NCBI RefSeq assembly: GCF_051903065.1
Contig: NZ_CP178442.1
Reading direction: 5' to 3' (one strand)
Source of the DNA: Escherichia coli
GTDB taxonomy: Bacteria > Pseudomonadota > Gammaproteobacteria > Enterobacterales > Enterobacteriaceae
Length of the DNA stretch: 37,672 nucleotides
The notes beneath the pieces are model-generated. The model was not told the origin of the DNA, made no database searches, and was given only the letters and a program-made list of their open reading frames with translations. A program made the position numbers and the translations under genes. Every line of letters starts with the position of its first letter. The stretch's first letter is position 1. Shown one piece after another: positions 23,155-33,824 of this stretch.

Positions 23155-25902
23155 ATGTCTACACTTTATAAAGCGATGACACGCCCTGCTATGTATGTGG
23201 GTGTTCCTGTCGTCCCTCTTACTGTGGTTGCAGGGGCGTTATTTCTGGCGGGGGTTTATATCAGCAAGCTGATCTGGCTGGCTATTCCTGTCGCAGTTTT
23301 TATTCTCAGAATGATAACTAAGCAGGACGACCACATTTTTAATCTTTACTTTCTTAAGCTGAAAATGCTCGGAAACTCAGTGTGTAATCGTTTTTTTGGC
23401 GCACGAGCGTTCCTCTCCGGACAATATGAAGCTGTTGAAATTGATGAGTTTATTAATGCCATGAAACTGAATGAGCGAATTACTACTGGTAAATATATAC
23501 CCTATTCAAGCCATGTTGATAAAAATATTGTCAAAACAAAGAACGGTGATTATGTAGCGACATGGCAACTGATGGGGATTAACTTTGAGTCAATCTCTGC
23601 GGAGATGTTAGAAACTATTGACTCACAGGTTGCCACTCTTGTTCGTTCATTTTCCGGACTGCCCGTTTCATTTTATAACCATTCATGCAGGGCGAGTTTT
23701 TATGATGCCTTTACCACAAAATCAGGTAATAAATATGCTGATATAATATCAGATTGTTATTATGGTTCGATGAAGAAAAATAAATTCAAGGGGAACACAC
23801 TTTACTTTACGCTGATCTACAGACCAGACGGGCGTGTAGAAAAACTGGAAAAACGCAAAAAAAGTATTAAAGAAAAGAAAGATGATATTAACATTCATGT
23901 GAAGAGAATGAATGAAATGATTAATACATTCTCTGGCGCTCTTGATAAATTTACCTGTAAACTTCTTGGTATGTATGAGGAGAACGGAAAGGTATTTTCT
24001 TCTCAACTGTCATTCTATAATTATCTTCTGACAGGGAAGTTGCAAAAAATCAGAGTCACTGATTCTCCGGTGTATAACGTTCTTGGTGGAGTGGATGTAT
24101 TTTTTAATCATGATACCGGACAGATATGCCGCATTGATGGAAATAAATTCTTTCGTTCTATTGAAATTAAAGATTTCTGTAGTGAGACTGCATCCGGTGT
24201 TTTTGATGTGCTCCAGTATTCTGATGCTGACTATATTATTACGCATTCATATACATCCATGAGCAAATCAGAAGCATTGAGTACCATTAAACGTGCAGAA
24301 AAACAGTTAAAGAGTACAGAAGATGATGCGGTTACTCAATTGCAGGAACTGGAAAAGGCAAAAAATGATATTGTGTCCGGTGATATATCCTTTGGTTACT
24401 ACCATTTCACGCTAATGGTAATGGCGGACAGTATCAGGGAGCTTGACGAATCTGTAAGTAAAATTACGGCAGACTTTACTGACCTGGGCATTATTCCGGC
24501 ATTGTCAACCATGTCATTGCCAGCGGCATATTTTGCCCAGCTTCCGGCGGTTTTTCATTTAAGGCCGCGTTTATCTCCGGTATCGAATGTAAATTTTGTC
24601 GAACTGGCATCATTCCATAATTTCTACCAGGGGAAACGCGATAAAAACTGCTGGACAGAAGCGGTTGCTATTCTCAAAACACCAAGCAAACAGGCGTATT
24701 ATCTGAATTTACATAACTCAGTACTGTTTAAAGATGAAAGAGGTGAAAAGAATCTTGCTAATACTAAAGTTATAGGAACGGCGGGTTCAGGTAAGACAAT
24801 GTTTCTGTCATATCTTGCCTGTTCATTACAGAAATACAATAACCCCGAAACTTTTGCTGACTCTGCAAAAAATAAGAAGTTAACGTGTGTCTTTCTTGAT
24901 AAGGACAGAGGGGCTGAATTATGTATCCGAATGCTTGGTGGGGAATATTACACCGTAAAAAGCGGTGAGCCGACAGGATGGAATCCTTTTGCTCTGGAGG
25001 CAACAAAACGTAACCGTATTTTTGTCAAGCAACTGATGGAGATTCTGTGTACCAGAAATGGTGAAAGATTATCGACAAGAGAAAGATTGCTTATTAGCGA
25101 AAGTGTTGATGCTGTGATGGATTTTCCTCCTGGCGAAATGCGGGAATATGGCATTACCAGAATGCTTGAGCATCTTATGCAGAGAGATGATCGGGATGAG
25201 CAGGAGAACGGGATTATCCTTCGTTTGTCCCAATGGGCTAATGGTCAGGCTCATGGCTGGGTTTTTGATAATGCTAAAGACACATTCAATATTCAGCATG
25301 TCAATAATTTTGGCATTGATGGCACCGAGTTTCTTGATGATCCGATGGTATGTGCACCAATTACTTTCTATCTGCTGTATCGCATTACGCAGCTTCTGGA
25401 CGGTCGGCGTCTTGTTATCTTCCTGGATGAGTTCTGGAAATGGCTACAGGATGAAGCATTCAGCGATTTTGTCTATAACAAGCTGAAAACAATTCGTAAG
25501 CTGAACGGGCTGGTTATTCCGGCAACTCAGTCTCCGGATGAAATACTGAAGAATAAGATTTCACGGGCTGTGGTTGAAGTATGCAGCACCAGTATTTATC
25601 TGGCTAACCCTGATGCCGATTACAATGACTATGTAGAAGGGCTTAAGCTGACACCAGAAGAATTTAATATTGTTAAAAATCTTGATCCAATGTCGAGACA
25701 ATTCCTGATTAAAAAAAGCAGTCTTAAAAAGGGAGATGGTAAATCATTTTCAGCACTTGCGACACTCGATTTATCGGGACTTGGTGGATATCTGAAAATA
25801 TTGTCTGCCAGTGCAGATAATCTGGAAATTTTTGAAAGTATTTATCATGAAGGAATGGAGCCTGATGACTGGGTTCCTGAATATCTCGAACGGGCAATCT
25901 GA
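23155..25902 (+). CDS. pilX3-4: VirB3-VirB4 fusion protein (T4SS ATPase)
   Basis: 915 aa; N-terminal VirB3-like membrane segment, Walker A GTAGSGKTMFLSY and VirB4 C-terminal ATPase region. Confidence 0.88.
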   Translation: MSTLYKAMTRPAMYVGVPVVPLTVVAGALFLAGVYISKLIWLAIPVAVFILRMITKQDDHIFNLYFLKLKMLGNSVCNRFFGARAFLSGQYEAVEIDEFINAMKLNERITTGKYIPYSSHVDKNIVKTKNGDYVATWQLMGINFESISAEMLETIDSQVATLVRSFSGLPVSFYNHSCRASFYDAFTTKSGNKYADIISDCYYGSMKKNKFKGNTLYFTLIYRPDGRVEKLEKRKKSIKEKKDDINIHVKRMNEMINTFSGALDKFTCKLLGMYEENGKVFSSQLSFYNYLLTGKLQKIRVTDSPVYNVLGGVDVFFNHDTGQICRIDGNKFFRSIEIKDFCSETASGVFDVLQYSDADYIITHSYTSMSKSEALSTIKRAEKQLKSTEDDAVTQLQELEKAKNDIVSGDISFGYYHFTLMVMADSIRELDESVSKITADFTDLGIIPALSTMSLPAAYFAQLPAVFHLRPRLSPVSNVNFVELASFHNFYQGKRDKNCWTEAVAILKTPSKQAYYLNLHNSVLFKDERGEKNLANTKVIGTAGSGKTMFLSYLACSLQKYNNPETFADSAKNKKLTCVFLDKDRGAELCIRMLGGEYYTVKSGEPTGWNPFALEATKRNRIFVKQLMEILCTRNGERLSTRERLLISESVDAVMDFPPGEMREYGITRMLEHLMQRDDRDEQENGIILRLSQWANGQAHGWVFDNAKDTFNIQHVNNFGIDGTEFLDDPMVCAPITFYLLYRITQLLDGRRLVIFLDEFWKWLQDEAFSDFVYNKLKTIRKLNGLVIPATQSPDEILKNKISRAVVEVCSTSIYLANPDADYNDYVEGLKLTPEEFNIVKNLDPMSRQFLIKKSSLKKGDGKSFSALATLDLSGLGGYLKILSASADNLEIFESIYHEGMEPDDWVPEYLERAI

Positions 25903-25913
25903 CAGGTGAATTT

Positions 25914-26630
25914 ATGAAACGTGTAAAAACATTTATGCTGATATCATTATTGACGGCTTCATTTTATAGCAGCGCAGGTATTCCGGTTGCTGTAGATGCC
26001 AGTCCGGAATGGGCTGTTGAAGCCGCAAGATGGACAGAACGACTCAAACAATGGTCTGAAACTGCGCAACATTATCAGAGTCAGATTCAGGCATATAAAG
26101 ACCAGTTAGCAACGGCAACAGGTATAAGGAATATTGCGGCATTCACAAATGAACTAAGTAATCTGCAATCAGAACTGACAAATATTTATAAGCAGGGGAA
26201 CAGTTATATTTCTGATTTTACCAGTAATCCCGAAGGTGCATTAAGCAGTCAGGCAAAAAATCTGTTCAGCAAGTATGGAGCCTTCGATATGTGCACTACA
26301 GGCTATGAACGCAATGATAATCTCTGTAAAGCACGGATTGTGTCAAAGGCTGCCAGTATTGAACAGGGAAATGAGATAAATAAGCAGTTATCAAGTGCAA
26401 TGTCTCAGATTCAGAGTTTAAGTACTCGAATTGAGGCTTCAAAGGATATGAAAGAATCCCAGGATTTGGCTAACGCATTACAGGCACAGTCGTTAAAAAT
26501 GCAGGCGATAAAAATGCAGTATGATGTCTGGAATAGTAAAAATCAGGCTGACACGGAGATGTTGAAAGAACAACAAAGGGCTGAATATAAGCAACAACAG
26601 ATGAACGCACCAATACCTACGATTCAATGA
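25914..26630 (+). CDS. pilX5: VirB5-like minor pilus subunit
   Basis: 238 aa, signal peptide, helical Gln/Ala-rich protein in the VirB5 position. Confidence 0.7.
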   Translation: MKRVKTFMLISLLTASFYSSAGIPVAVDASPEWAVEAARWTERLKQWSETAQHYQSQIQAYKDQLATATGIRNIAAFTNELSNLQSELTNIYKQGNSYISDFTSNPEGALSSQAKNLFSKYGAFDMCTTGYERNDNLCKARIVSKAASIEQGNEINKQLSSAMSQIQSLSTRIEASKDMKESQDLANALQAQSLKMQAIKMQYDVWNSKNQADTEMLKEQQRAEYKQQQMNAPIPTIQ

Positions 26631-26640
26631 GGGAAAAGGT

Positions 26641-27720
26641 ATGTCATTCTTTGTTAAATATAATACAACCGTTATGGAAGCAATTGATAAGGTTGGATCT
26701 ACTTATCAAAGTCAATTCACACAAGATATAATGTCATTAGTGACAGCATCTGTCACGTTATATGTACTATGGAAAGGCTATCAAATACTCGCCAGTAAAA
26801 CTCAGACTCCGATGCAGGATTTAGTTTGGGATTTATCAAAATTTGCGATCATAATCATGTTTATAACAAATGCAGATGGATATTTGACAGCGGCAACCAA
26901 TGCATTGCAAGGCATGAAAGATGGGCTTTCTGGCGGAGTTAGCGCATGGCAAACCTTAGATAACTTATGGGAGAAAACACAAAATCTTGCGGAAAAGGTA
27001 TATCAAAAAGACACTGATTTCATTCCTTTGGCTGGCGCATTAGGTATGACGCTTGTTTGGGCTGGCTCACTTATTTTAATGACAATTAGTGCTGTTGTTT
27101 TTTTAACTGCCGATATTACGATGAAATTCCTTATTATAACAGCGCCAATATTTATTTTCTGTCTGATGTTTGGTTTTATTAGAGTTATGTTTAATAACTG
27201 GTTGCAATCGCTATTTTCTAGCATCCTGACTGTGTTATTTGCCAGTTTAGTAATTCGGATAGCTATGGATTTTCAGGGGGATATATTGCAACAAGTATCT
27301 AATGCGACACCCAATAGTAATGTTATGACCGTAAGTGCAATGGGATTTTTAGCCGGATTGTTGGGAGCTTTATTGGTTCTTATAGCTAAAAGTTTTGCTG
27401 TCCAGTTAGCAGGTGCAGGTGTTGAAGGTGCTGTTCAGGGCGCAGCCATGATGGGGCTGGGTGCTGCTGGTATGGCTACTGGTAAGTCTCTGATGCTTGG
27501 CGGTCGCGCTGGTTTAGGTTTTGGCTTAGGGATGGCCGGAAGAACGGGCATGAATTCTTTATCTGGGAAAGCAGGGAATCTGATGGGGCGTGGTGCGCGA
27601 ACAGCCGCTGAATGGGCGGGTGAAAAGGGATATCAGGCGCTGGCTCCGACAGGTGCTTTGGGGATGAAGGCGAGAAGACTTGCATCCCTGGAAAAAGCAC
27701 GAGCGAGGAATGCCGCATGA
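26641..27720 (+). CDS. pilX6: VirB6-like polytopic inner-membrane protein
   Basis: 359 aa with multiple hydrophobic helices and Gly/Ala-rich C-terminal tail; VirB6 position. Confidence 0.75.
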   Translation: MSFFVKYNTTVMEAIDKVGSTYQSQFTQDIMSLVTASVTLYVLWKGYQILASKTQTPMQDLVWDLSKFAIIIMFITNADGYLTAATNALQGMKDGLSGGVSAWQTLDNLWEKTQNLAEKVYQKDTDFIPLAGALGMTLVWAGSLILMTISAVVFLTADITMKFLIITAPIFIFCLMFGFIRVMFNNWLQSLFSSILTVLFASLVIRIAMDFQGDILQQVSNATPNSNVMTVSAMGFLAGLLGALLVLIAKSFAVQLAGAGVEGAVQGAAMMGLGAAGMATGKSLMLGGRAGLGFGLGMAGRTGMNSLSGKAGNLMGRGARTAAEWAGEKGYQALAPTGALGMKARRLASLEKARARNAA

Positions 27721-27870
27721 ATATAATGAAACGTTTTTTTTATGTGATGTCCCTGAACTGGATACTGACGTTTGTTGATAAACATATCACCTCCGGATGG
27801 AGCAGGAAGAGAAAGCTAATAACCCAGCTTATTATTTTAATCACGGGAATTACCTTATTTAAGGTCTTAG

Positions 27871-28101
27871 GTGGAATCAGTCAGAGCTGGTTGTGACATG
27901 CTTCATTATTTTGTCATGATACTTTATTTTGTCCTAATCCTTCTTTTAGGAGTGTTTACCTGCTTCGCAGGAATAAGACTTGGTTTAGGGCTTGCGGGGA
28001 AATGGAGAAAGGGTATGGATCTTCGCTTTTTGCTTCTTATTGGTGGGATTCTTTTTCTTCATCTTGGCCTTTATCTCTTAAAGGTGTTCGTGAACGCTTA
28101 A
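27871..28101 (+). CDS. hypothetical small membrane protein between pilX6 and pilX7 (candidate entry-exclusion protein)
   Basis: 76-aa ORF (alternative start at 27898) with two hydrophobic helices; position typical for small exclusion genes in VirB-like clusters. Confidence 0.4.
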   Translation: MESVRAGCDMLHYFVMILYFVLILLLGVFTCFAGIRLGLGLAGKWRKGMDLRFLLLIGGILFLHLGLYLLKVFVNA

Positions 28102-28113
28102 TAAGGTGAATTT

Positions 28114-28239
28114 ATGCGATGTGTGATTCTTTTGTTTTTCCTGTTTCAGATTTCCGGATGTACCACAAGGAATACCCTTCCTTCTGATGTTTCCGGCGAA
28201 CTGGAACCCATTAACCACAGCCAGGTAATCAGTTATGAG
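28114..28239 (+). CDS. pilX7: VirB7-like small lipoprotein (41 aa), below ORF-track cutoff
   Basis: MRCVILLFFLFQISGCTTRN...: signal peptide plus lipobox ISGC; stop TGA overlaps the ATG of the VirB8-like gene (ATGAGTGA). Confidence 0.6.
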
Positions 28240-28921
28240 TGAAAAAATCGAAAAGAAGATTGAGACAGCTAAATCCTTCGAAAGACAACTCTATGCAGAA
28301 AATGAACGGTCTAAGAAAAATGCATGGCGTGTTGCAGTGGCAGCATCATTACTGTCCTTATGTCTTGGGGCTGCAATTTGCGTTCTTGTGCCATTAAAAG
28401 AAAAAGAGCTTGCTATTGTGGCTGTTGGCGAAAAAACAGGCCGTACAGAACTGATTACTCAGGTTAAACAGGAAAAGATCCTGCAATCTGAAGCGCTTGG
28501 GCGGTATTTTGTAAACACGTATATTACTTTACGTGAAGGTTATAATTATCCGTCTCTTCAGTATGATTATGAGACTGTACAGATATATAGCTCGAATACA
28601 GTAAAGGACGATTATCTTCGTCTGTATAACAGCGATATGGCTCCTGATAAAATTTATCATAATAACGGTTCTTACGTTGCGGTTGAGGTCATCTCCAATA
28701 TTATTTCTGACGCAACCGCGCCAGATAAACTGGCCTCTGTGCGTTTTAAAAAAACGACGAGAAACTTCACGACCGGACAGGTTTCAGTTTCATACTGGAC
28801 GGCTCGTGTGACATATCGTTTTGAACCAGAAAAGTCGGTTAAAAGTTCCAGTCGTGAGCTTAATCCTCTCGGTTTTACGGTAACCAGTTACCAGACAGAT
28901 CGGGAAGTCAGGGGGGAATGA
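28235..28921 (+). CDS. pilX8: VirB8-like bitopic inner-membrane protein
   Basis: 228 aa, single N-terminal TM helix then periplasmic domain; position and size typical of VirB8. Confidence 0.75.
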   Translation: MSEKIEKKIETAKSFERQLYAENERSKKNAWRVAVAASLLSLCLGAAICVLVPLKEKELAIVAVGEKTGRTELITQVKQEKILQSEALGRYFVNTYITLREGYNYPSLQYDYETVQIYSSNTVKDDYLRLYNSDMAPDKIYHNNGSYVAVEVISNIISDATAPDKLASVRFKKTTRNFTTGQVSVSYWTARVTYRFEPEKSVKSSSRELNPLGFTVTSYQTDREVRGE

Positions 28922-29826
28922 TGAAGAAATTATTTATTGCTACATGTTTATTGCTTCCTGGGCTTGTGTATTCAGCAGCGACTCCGTTACCTTCTGGATT
29001 TGATGCAAGGATGCAGACTGTGAGTTATAACGGTGCGAATACGACCGTTATCCGGTCAAAGACAGGATTTCTCACATCAGTTGTTTTTGATGAAGGTGAG
29101 GCTGTTATCAGTGCAAAGGCTGGTTTTCCTGCCGGATGGGAAATCACAACCGATGATAATGTTGTTTACATCAATCCGCGTCCCGTTGTTCAGGAACAGG
29201 AAGGCGATGAAGGCGAAAAACTGAAAAAGGTTTTCCAGCCAACAGAAAAGGAATGGGACACGAATCTTTTTGTCAGAACAACAAAGCGGATTTACAGTCT
29301 TGATCTAATCCTTCTGTCAGAAGAAAAACAAGCGCAACCTGCTTATGTTGTACAATTCCGCTATCCATCAGAAATAGCGAAAAAGAATGCAGAAGAAGTA
29401 AGGCTGGCAAAAGAAAAACAGGAAAAACTCAGACAGAAGAAACTGATTTCTGAAAGTTTTGAAAAAGCCGATGCGCCTAAAAACTGGGATTATTTCATGC
29501 GAGTCAATGAAAAATATGACAGTCGTCGTATCGCCCCTGATTTTGCTTATGATAATGGCATATTTACCTTTTTAGGTTTTAACTCAGGGAAAGTATTCCC
29601 AGCTCCATTTGCTGTAAGAGATGGTCAGGAACAGACACTTGCTTTTAATGTGGAAACAAAAGGCAAGTATAAAATCATGGTTATCCACAACGTTAATGAC
29701 AAATTTGTTTTACGCTATGGAAACAGCGTTGTTGGTGTTGTGAATAAATCTTTCGGAAAAGTATTAACCGACCAGAGGAATACATCTTCTCCTGCGGTAG
29801 AACGTGTTGAGGTGAATAATGACTGA
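28918..29826 (+). CDS. pilX9: VirB9-like outer-membrane core complex protein
   Basis: 302 aa with signal peptide; translationally coupled to flanking genes; VirB9 position. Confidence 0.75.
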   Translation: MMKKLFIATCLLLPGLVYSAATPLPSGFDARMQTVSYNGANTTVIRSKTGFLTSVVFDEGEAVISAKAGFPAGWEITTDDNVVYINPRPVVQEQEGDEGEKLKKVFQPTEKEWDTNLFVRTTKRIYSLDLILLSEEKQAQPAYVVQFRYPSEIAKKNAEEVRLAKEKQEKLRQKKLISESFEKADAPKNWDYFMRVNEKYDSRRIAPDFAYDNGIFTFLGFNSGKVFPAPFAVRDGQEQTLAFNVETKGKYKIMVIHNVNDKFVLRYGNSVVGVVNKSFGKVLTDQRNTSSPAVERVEVNND

Positions 29827-30937
29827 TATGAAAAAAACAGATGATTTAGTTGATGATGCGAATCAGTCAAAGCTGGAAAGTAAACCCGTTCATGATATCG
29901 GTGATATCAGGAACAAAAATAATCGTATGCGTTCTGGCTTTCTGTTTGGTCTGATGGCTGTATTAGTTATTGGTATTTTTGCGCTGAAAACATATAAAAA
30001 TTATTTTGCAGATGACCAGCAGAAAGCATCAGAATTAACAGGCGATACCAGCATTTCTCAGGTCAGTAAAATCCGTACTGGTCTTGGTCAGAATTTTGAC
30101 CCTGTTGAGAACAAAGCAATTATCAATCCAGGCGCTACTGGTTCTGGTAATACTGTTTCTGACGGTCATAAAGAAGTGCCACAGGAGGGGTTCAGGAAAT
30201 ATTTGTCAATACCTGTTGCTGGTCAGGGAGGGAGTCAGACTGGCGCGAGTGGCAGCAGCAGGACATCGCAGACATCAGAGCCACAGGAAGAAAGGAAAGA
30301 ATCAAAAGAAAATGTGCCTGGTAAATCAGGAATGAAAGTGACTGCGATTAATCTCGATCCTGATCTCTATATTGAGGAAAACAGGCTTATACCGTGTGCT
30401 TTAACTACACGCTTTGTTTCTGATGTTGCAGGTCGTATCAGTTGTGTTTTTACAGAAGATGTATGGAGTGCTAATCACCACACAAAATTACTGGAACAGG
30501 GAACTAAGGCTTTTGGTCGTTACCAGACCGGAACGCTGAATCATGGACAGGGCAGAATGTTCGTTATGTGGGAGCAGTTGCGGACGCCTGATAATAAACG
30601 AATCGATATGGTAAATACAGCAGCGGCTGGTCCCCTGGGGGAAGCAGGCATTGATGGATGGATCGATTCTCACTTCTGGGAGCGTTTTGGTGGTTCTCTT
30701 ATGCTCAGTATGGTTCAGGATGTAGCGGCGGCGGCGGCGGATAATGCACCTGGTAAAGATCGTAATGTGGATTATACCGAAAACTCACGACAGGCAATGG
30801 CTGAAATGGCTAAAGTCGCACTTGAGAATTCGATAAATATTCCTCCAACAATGTATAAAAACCAAGGTGACATAATCACTATTATGGTCGGGGAAGACAT
30901 TGATTTTTCTGATATCTATGAGTTAAAGGTAAAATAG
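29819..30937 (+). CDS. pilX10: VirB10-like core complex protein
   Basis: 372 aa; N-terminal TM helix, Pro/Gly/Ser-rich linker, conserved C-terminal VirB10/TrbI domain (RIDMVNTAAAGPLGEAGIDGWIDSHFWERFGG). Confidence 0.8.
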   Translation: MTDMKKTDDLVDDANQSKLESKPVHDIGDIRNKNNRMRSGFLFGLMAVLVIGIFALKTYKNYFADDQQKASELTGDTSISQVSKIRTGLGQNFDPVENKAIINPGATGSGNTVSDGHKEVPQEGFRKYLSIPVAGQGGSQTGASGSSRTSQTSEPQEERKESKENVPGKSGMKVTAINLDPDLYIEENRLIPCALTTRFVSDVAGRISCVFTEDVWSANHHTKLLEQGTKAFGRYQTGTLNHGQGRMFVMWEQLRTPDNKRIDMVNTAAAGPLGEAGIDGWIDSHFWERFGGSLMLSMVQDVAAAAADNAPGKDRNVDYTENSRQAMAEMAKVALENSINIPPTMYKNQGDIITIMVGEDIDFSDIYELKVK

Positions 30938-30938
30938 T

Positions 30939-31967
30939 ATGAGTGGCGTTATTCCTGTCAGCATTAGCAATAAATCGCTCGATTTTTATAAAAATCAAGT
31001 ATTCCAGTCTTTTCTTGATATTGAAGGGCTAACAGAAATTGCTGTCAACCGTCCTGGTGAAATCTGGACGGAAATTAATGGTGACTGGACATTCCATAAT
31101 AATGACGGTGTGACCTTTGATTTTTGTAAACGGTTTTCTCAGACGCTGGCATCATTTCGGGGAGATGAAATCGGCGATACCAAGCCATTACTTTCAGCAA
31201 CACTGGAATCAGGAGAACGTGTACAGGTCGTTTTTCCTCCTGCATGTGAGAGAAATACTATTTCAATCACCATACGTAAACCATCGACACGGCAGATAAC
31301 GCATAAAGAATATGTGGCGAACGGTTTTTATGATTATGTCCAGTCAGGAAAAAAACACAGGACATACGATGATGAGCTTCTTGATTTATTCAGAGCGAGA
31401 AATATCGCTGCTTTTATGGAGCTTGCCGTAGCAGCAGGGAAAACCATTGTATTTGCCGGAGCAACGGGTTCCGGTAAAACAACTTATATGAAGAGTCTTA
31501 TCGATTTCATACCATTGAATACACGGCTGATTACGATTGAAGATGCAGAGGAAATCAAATTTTTTATCCATAAAAATTATGTGCATCTTTTTTACCCTTC
31601 GGAATCCGGCAGTGATTCCGGCTCTATCATAACAGCAGCGAAATTAATCAAATCCTGTTTGAGGATGAAACCTGACAGAATTTTACTGGCGGAAATTAAA
31701 GGTGGCGATGCCTGGGATTTTGTGAAAGTTGCTGGTTCTGGTCACAGTGGAAGCATGACGTCCATTCACGCGGCCTCGGCAAAAGATGCCATCATTCAGA
31801 TGGTGACAAAATGTTATCAGAATAGAGAATGTCAGAATCTTCCTTTTGATGTTCTTCGTAAAATCATTATGGACAGTATTGATATTGTTGTTCATGTAGG
31901 CAGGGATGGTGTTGTCAGGCATATGAGCGACATCTATTACAAAGGGGCTGAATGTGAAAACTTTTAA
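30939..31967 (+). CDS. pilX11: VirB11-like traffic ATPase
   Basis: 342 aa; Walker A GATGSGKTT, Walker B/His box region (ILLAEIKGGDAWDF, GSGHSGSMTSIHA). Confidence 0.88.
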   Translation: MSGVIPVSISNKSLDFYKNQVFQSFLDIEGLTEIAVNRPGEIWTEINGDWTFHNNDGVTFDFCKRFSQTLASFRGDEIGDTKPLLSATLESGERVQVVFPPACERNTISITIRKPSTRQITHKEYVANGFYDYVQSGKKHRTYDDELLDLFRARNIAAFMELAVAAGKTIVFAGATGSGKTTYMKSLIDFIPLNTRLITIEDAEEIKFFIHKNYVHLFYPSESGSDSGSIITAAKLIKSCLRMKPDRILLAEIKGGDAWDFVKVAGSGHSGSMTSIHAASAKDAIIQMVTKCYQNRECQNLPFDVLRKIIMDSIDIVVHVGRDGVVRHMSDIYYKGAECENF

Positions 31968-33816
31968 TAAGTCGCAATCTGTTTTTATATTCGCTGTTAT
32001 GCTTGTTGCGGCATGGTTTGCAGGTTCATTTATTTTCTTTGTGCTTTACTTCAGCCAGATAAAGAATCTGAAACCATTGAAGGCTGTGTTCAGATCCATT
32101 GATGCGTACAGGATGGATATTTTTACAGACAGCCTTACTTTATCTGTTGTGACTACGGATATCAGAATTTTAGCCTTTGTTGCACTTGGAGCAGGATTTG
32201 TCGTGTCTCTTATCATCCCTGTTGCGGCGTTGATAAAACTGAACGAGAAGAAAGAAAATATTTTCGGTGATGCGCGATTTGCAACAATTAATGATATTCG
32301 TGAGTCTAACAGTTTCACGCTTGACGGTGACGAAAAAGACGGGATTATCGTTGGTATAAAAGACAAGAAAATAATACGCTATGTGGGAGCAGCATTCAGT
32401 GCTATGGGAGCCGGAACAAGGGCTGGTAAAGGTGCTGGTATAGTCATCACTAATCTTATGAAGTACTGGTGGAGTGTTATTATTCTCGATCCAAAAAGGG
32501 AGTGTTTTAATATCACCAGTCTTATCAGGAAGGTGATTTTAGGTCATGAGGTTTATAAATTTGATCCCTTTAGTCCGGTAACGCACCGCTTTAACCCTTT
32601 GTATTATGTCAGCATGGGAACGAGTGAAGGTTTTAACCAGCTTGAAAATCTTTCGTTGATTATTTACCCCTATAAGACAGATGGTGCGGATGCTGGTAGC
32701 TATCTTAATAAGACGGCGGGTGGTGTTTTTAAATCTTATGCTGTCGCTTTATGGTTTATGATTAAGAATGATAAGGCTGGACTAAAAACGCTTGATATTG
32801 AGCCTGTCTTCTCAATGTCTAAAATTAATCAGCTTTTTGAGCGTGCAGAACCCGAACATCTTCTTTCATTCATGAATGATATTCGTTCAGAATTAAGGGG
32901 GAAAGACAAAACGCTTGCTGATATTGGTGTAGCTGGCCTTAAGGCATTCATTGAGATGGAGGATAAAACAAAAGCACAACTCAAAAGCAACTTTCTTAAT
33001 GGATTATCACCGTTTGCTAACCCCAATGTGGCAAATGCTACTGATGGAAATGATTTTGATTTGCGGCAGGTGCGGAAAAAGCGGATGACAATTTATTTCT
33101 GTATTTCTGGTGATAATGCCAGGTTGGCTGAAAAAATAACAAATATTTTCTTTCAGCTTGCTATACAGGTGAATCTTGAAAAGATGCCAACGGATGATCC
33201 GGAAATAAAGCATGACTGCCTTTTTCTACTGGATGAATTCCCGTCAATTGGTGCTGTAGATTACATCAAGAGTAAATCTGGTCTCATTGCTGGTTACAAG
33301 CTGAAATTGTTGATTGTTTACCAGGTCGGCTCTCAGCTTGAGGAAATCTACAGTTATGCAGGCAGTAAAACATTACTGGCAAGTGCACCCTGCAAAATTG
33401 TTTATTCCGCTTCTGATGTTAAAGATGCGCGGGAGTTATCAGAAGCGATGGGGACACGAACAGTAACTATCGGTTCGAAAAGCAAAAGTCGTAGTCGTGG
33501 AGGAACATCGAGATCTGAATCAGAAAGCCTTATTGAGCGTCCACTGGTAACAACAAATGAACTACTTACACTGAAATTTAGTGAAGAAATCCTGGCAATG
33601 AAGGGAGAAAACCCGATTCGTTGTGAAAAGGCATTCTACTATCTCAATGAGTATTTCTTTGGTGACTTTGTGAAGGTTGCTCCGGAACTTGCAAACATTT
33701 TCCCCAGGAAGAAAGGAAAGCTGGTTATGCCTCCACAGAAAGTATTTGAAAATGAAATCGTCGCAAAAGGGTATCTGGCAGTAAAAGATGTTCCTGATCT
33801 CGATAAAGCGGCATAA
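31954..33816 (+). CDS. taxB: VirD4-like type IV coupling protein
   Basis: 620 aa; two N-terminal TM helices, Walker A-like GAGTRAGKGAG, Walker B LLDEFPSIG; follows virB11 homologue. Confidence 0.85.
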   Translation: MKTFNKSQSVFIFAVMLVAAWFAGSFIFFVLYFSQIKNLKPLKAVFRSIDAYRMDIFTDSLTLSVVTTDIRILAFVALGAGFVVSLIIPVAALIKLNEKKENIFGDARFATINDIRESNSFTLDGDEKDGIIVGIKDKKIIRYVGAAFSAMGAGTRAGKGAGIVITNLMKYWWSVIILDPKRECFNITSLIRKVILGHEVYKFDPFSPVTHRFNPLYYVSMGTSEGFNQLENLSLIIYPYKTDGADAGSYLNKTAGGVFKSYAVALWFMIKNDKAGLKTLDIEPVFSMSKINQLFERAEPEHLLSFMNDIRSELRGKDKTLADIGVAGLKAFIEMEDKTKAQLKSNFLNGLSPFANPNVANATDGNDFDLRQVRKKRMTIYFCISGDNARLAEKITNIFFQLAIQVNLEKMPTDDPEIKHDCLFLLDEFPSIGAVDYIKSKSGLIAGYKLKLLIVYQVGSQLEEIYSYAGSKTLLASAPCKIVYSASDVKDARELSEAMGTRTVTIGSKSKSRSRGGTSRSESESLIERPLVTTNELLTLKFSEEILAMKGENPIRCEKAFYYLNEYFFGDFVKVAPELANIFPRKKGKLVMPPQKVFENEIVAKGYLAVKDVPDLDKAA

Positions 33817-33824
33817 AGGAGAAC

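Noticed and set aside
23749-25486. Several 68-112-aa ORFs on either strand inside the virB3-B4 fusion gene
   Set aside because: Nested within a 915-aa gene with clear ATPase motifs; no independent support.
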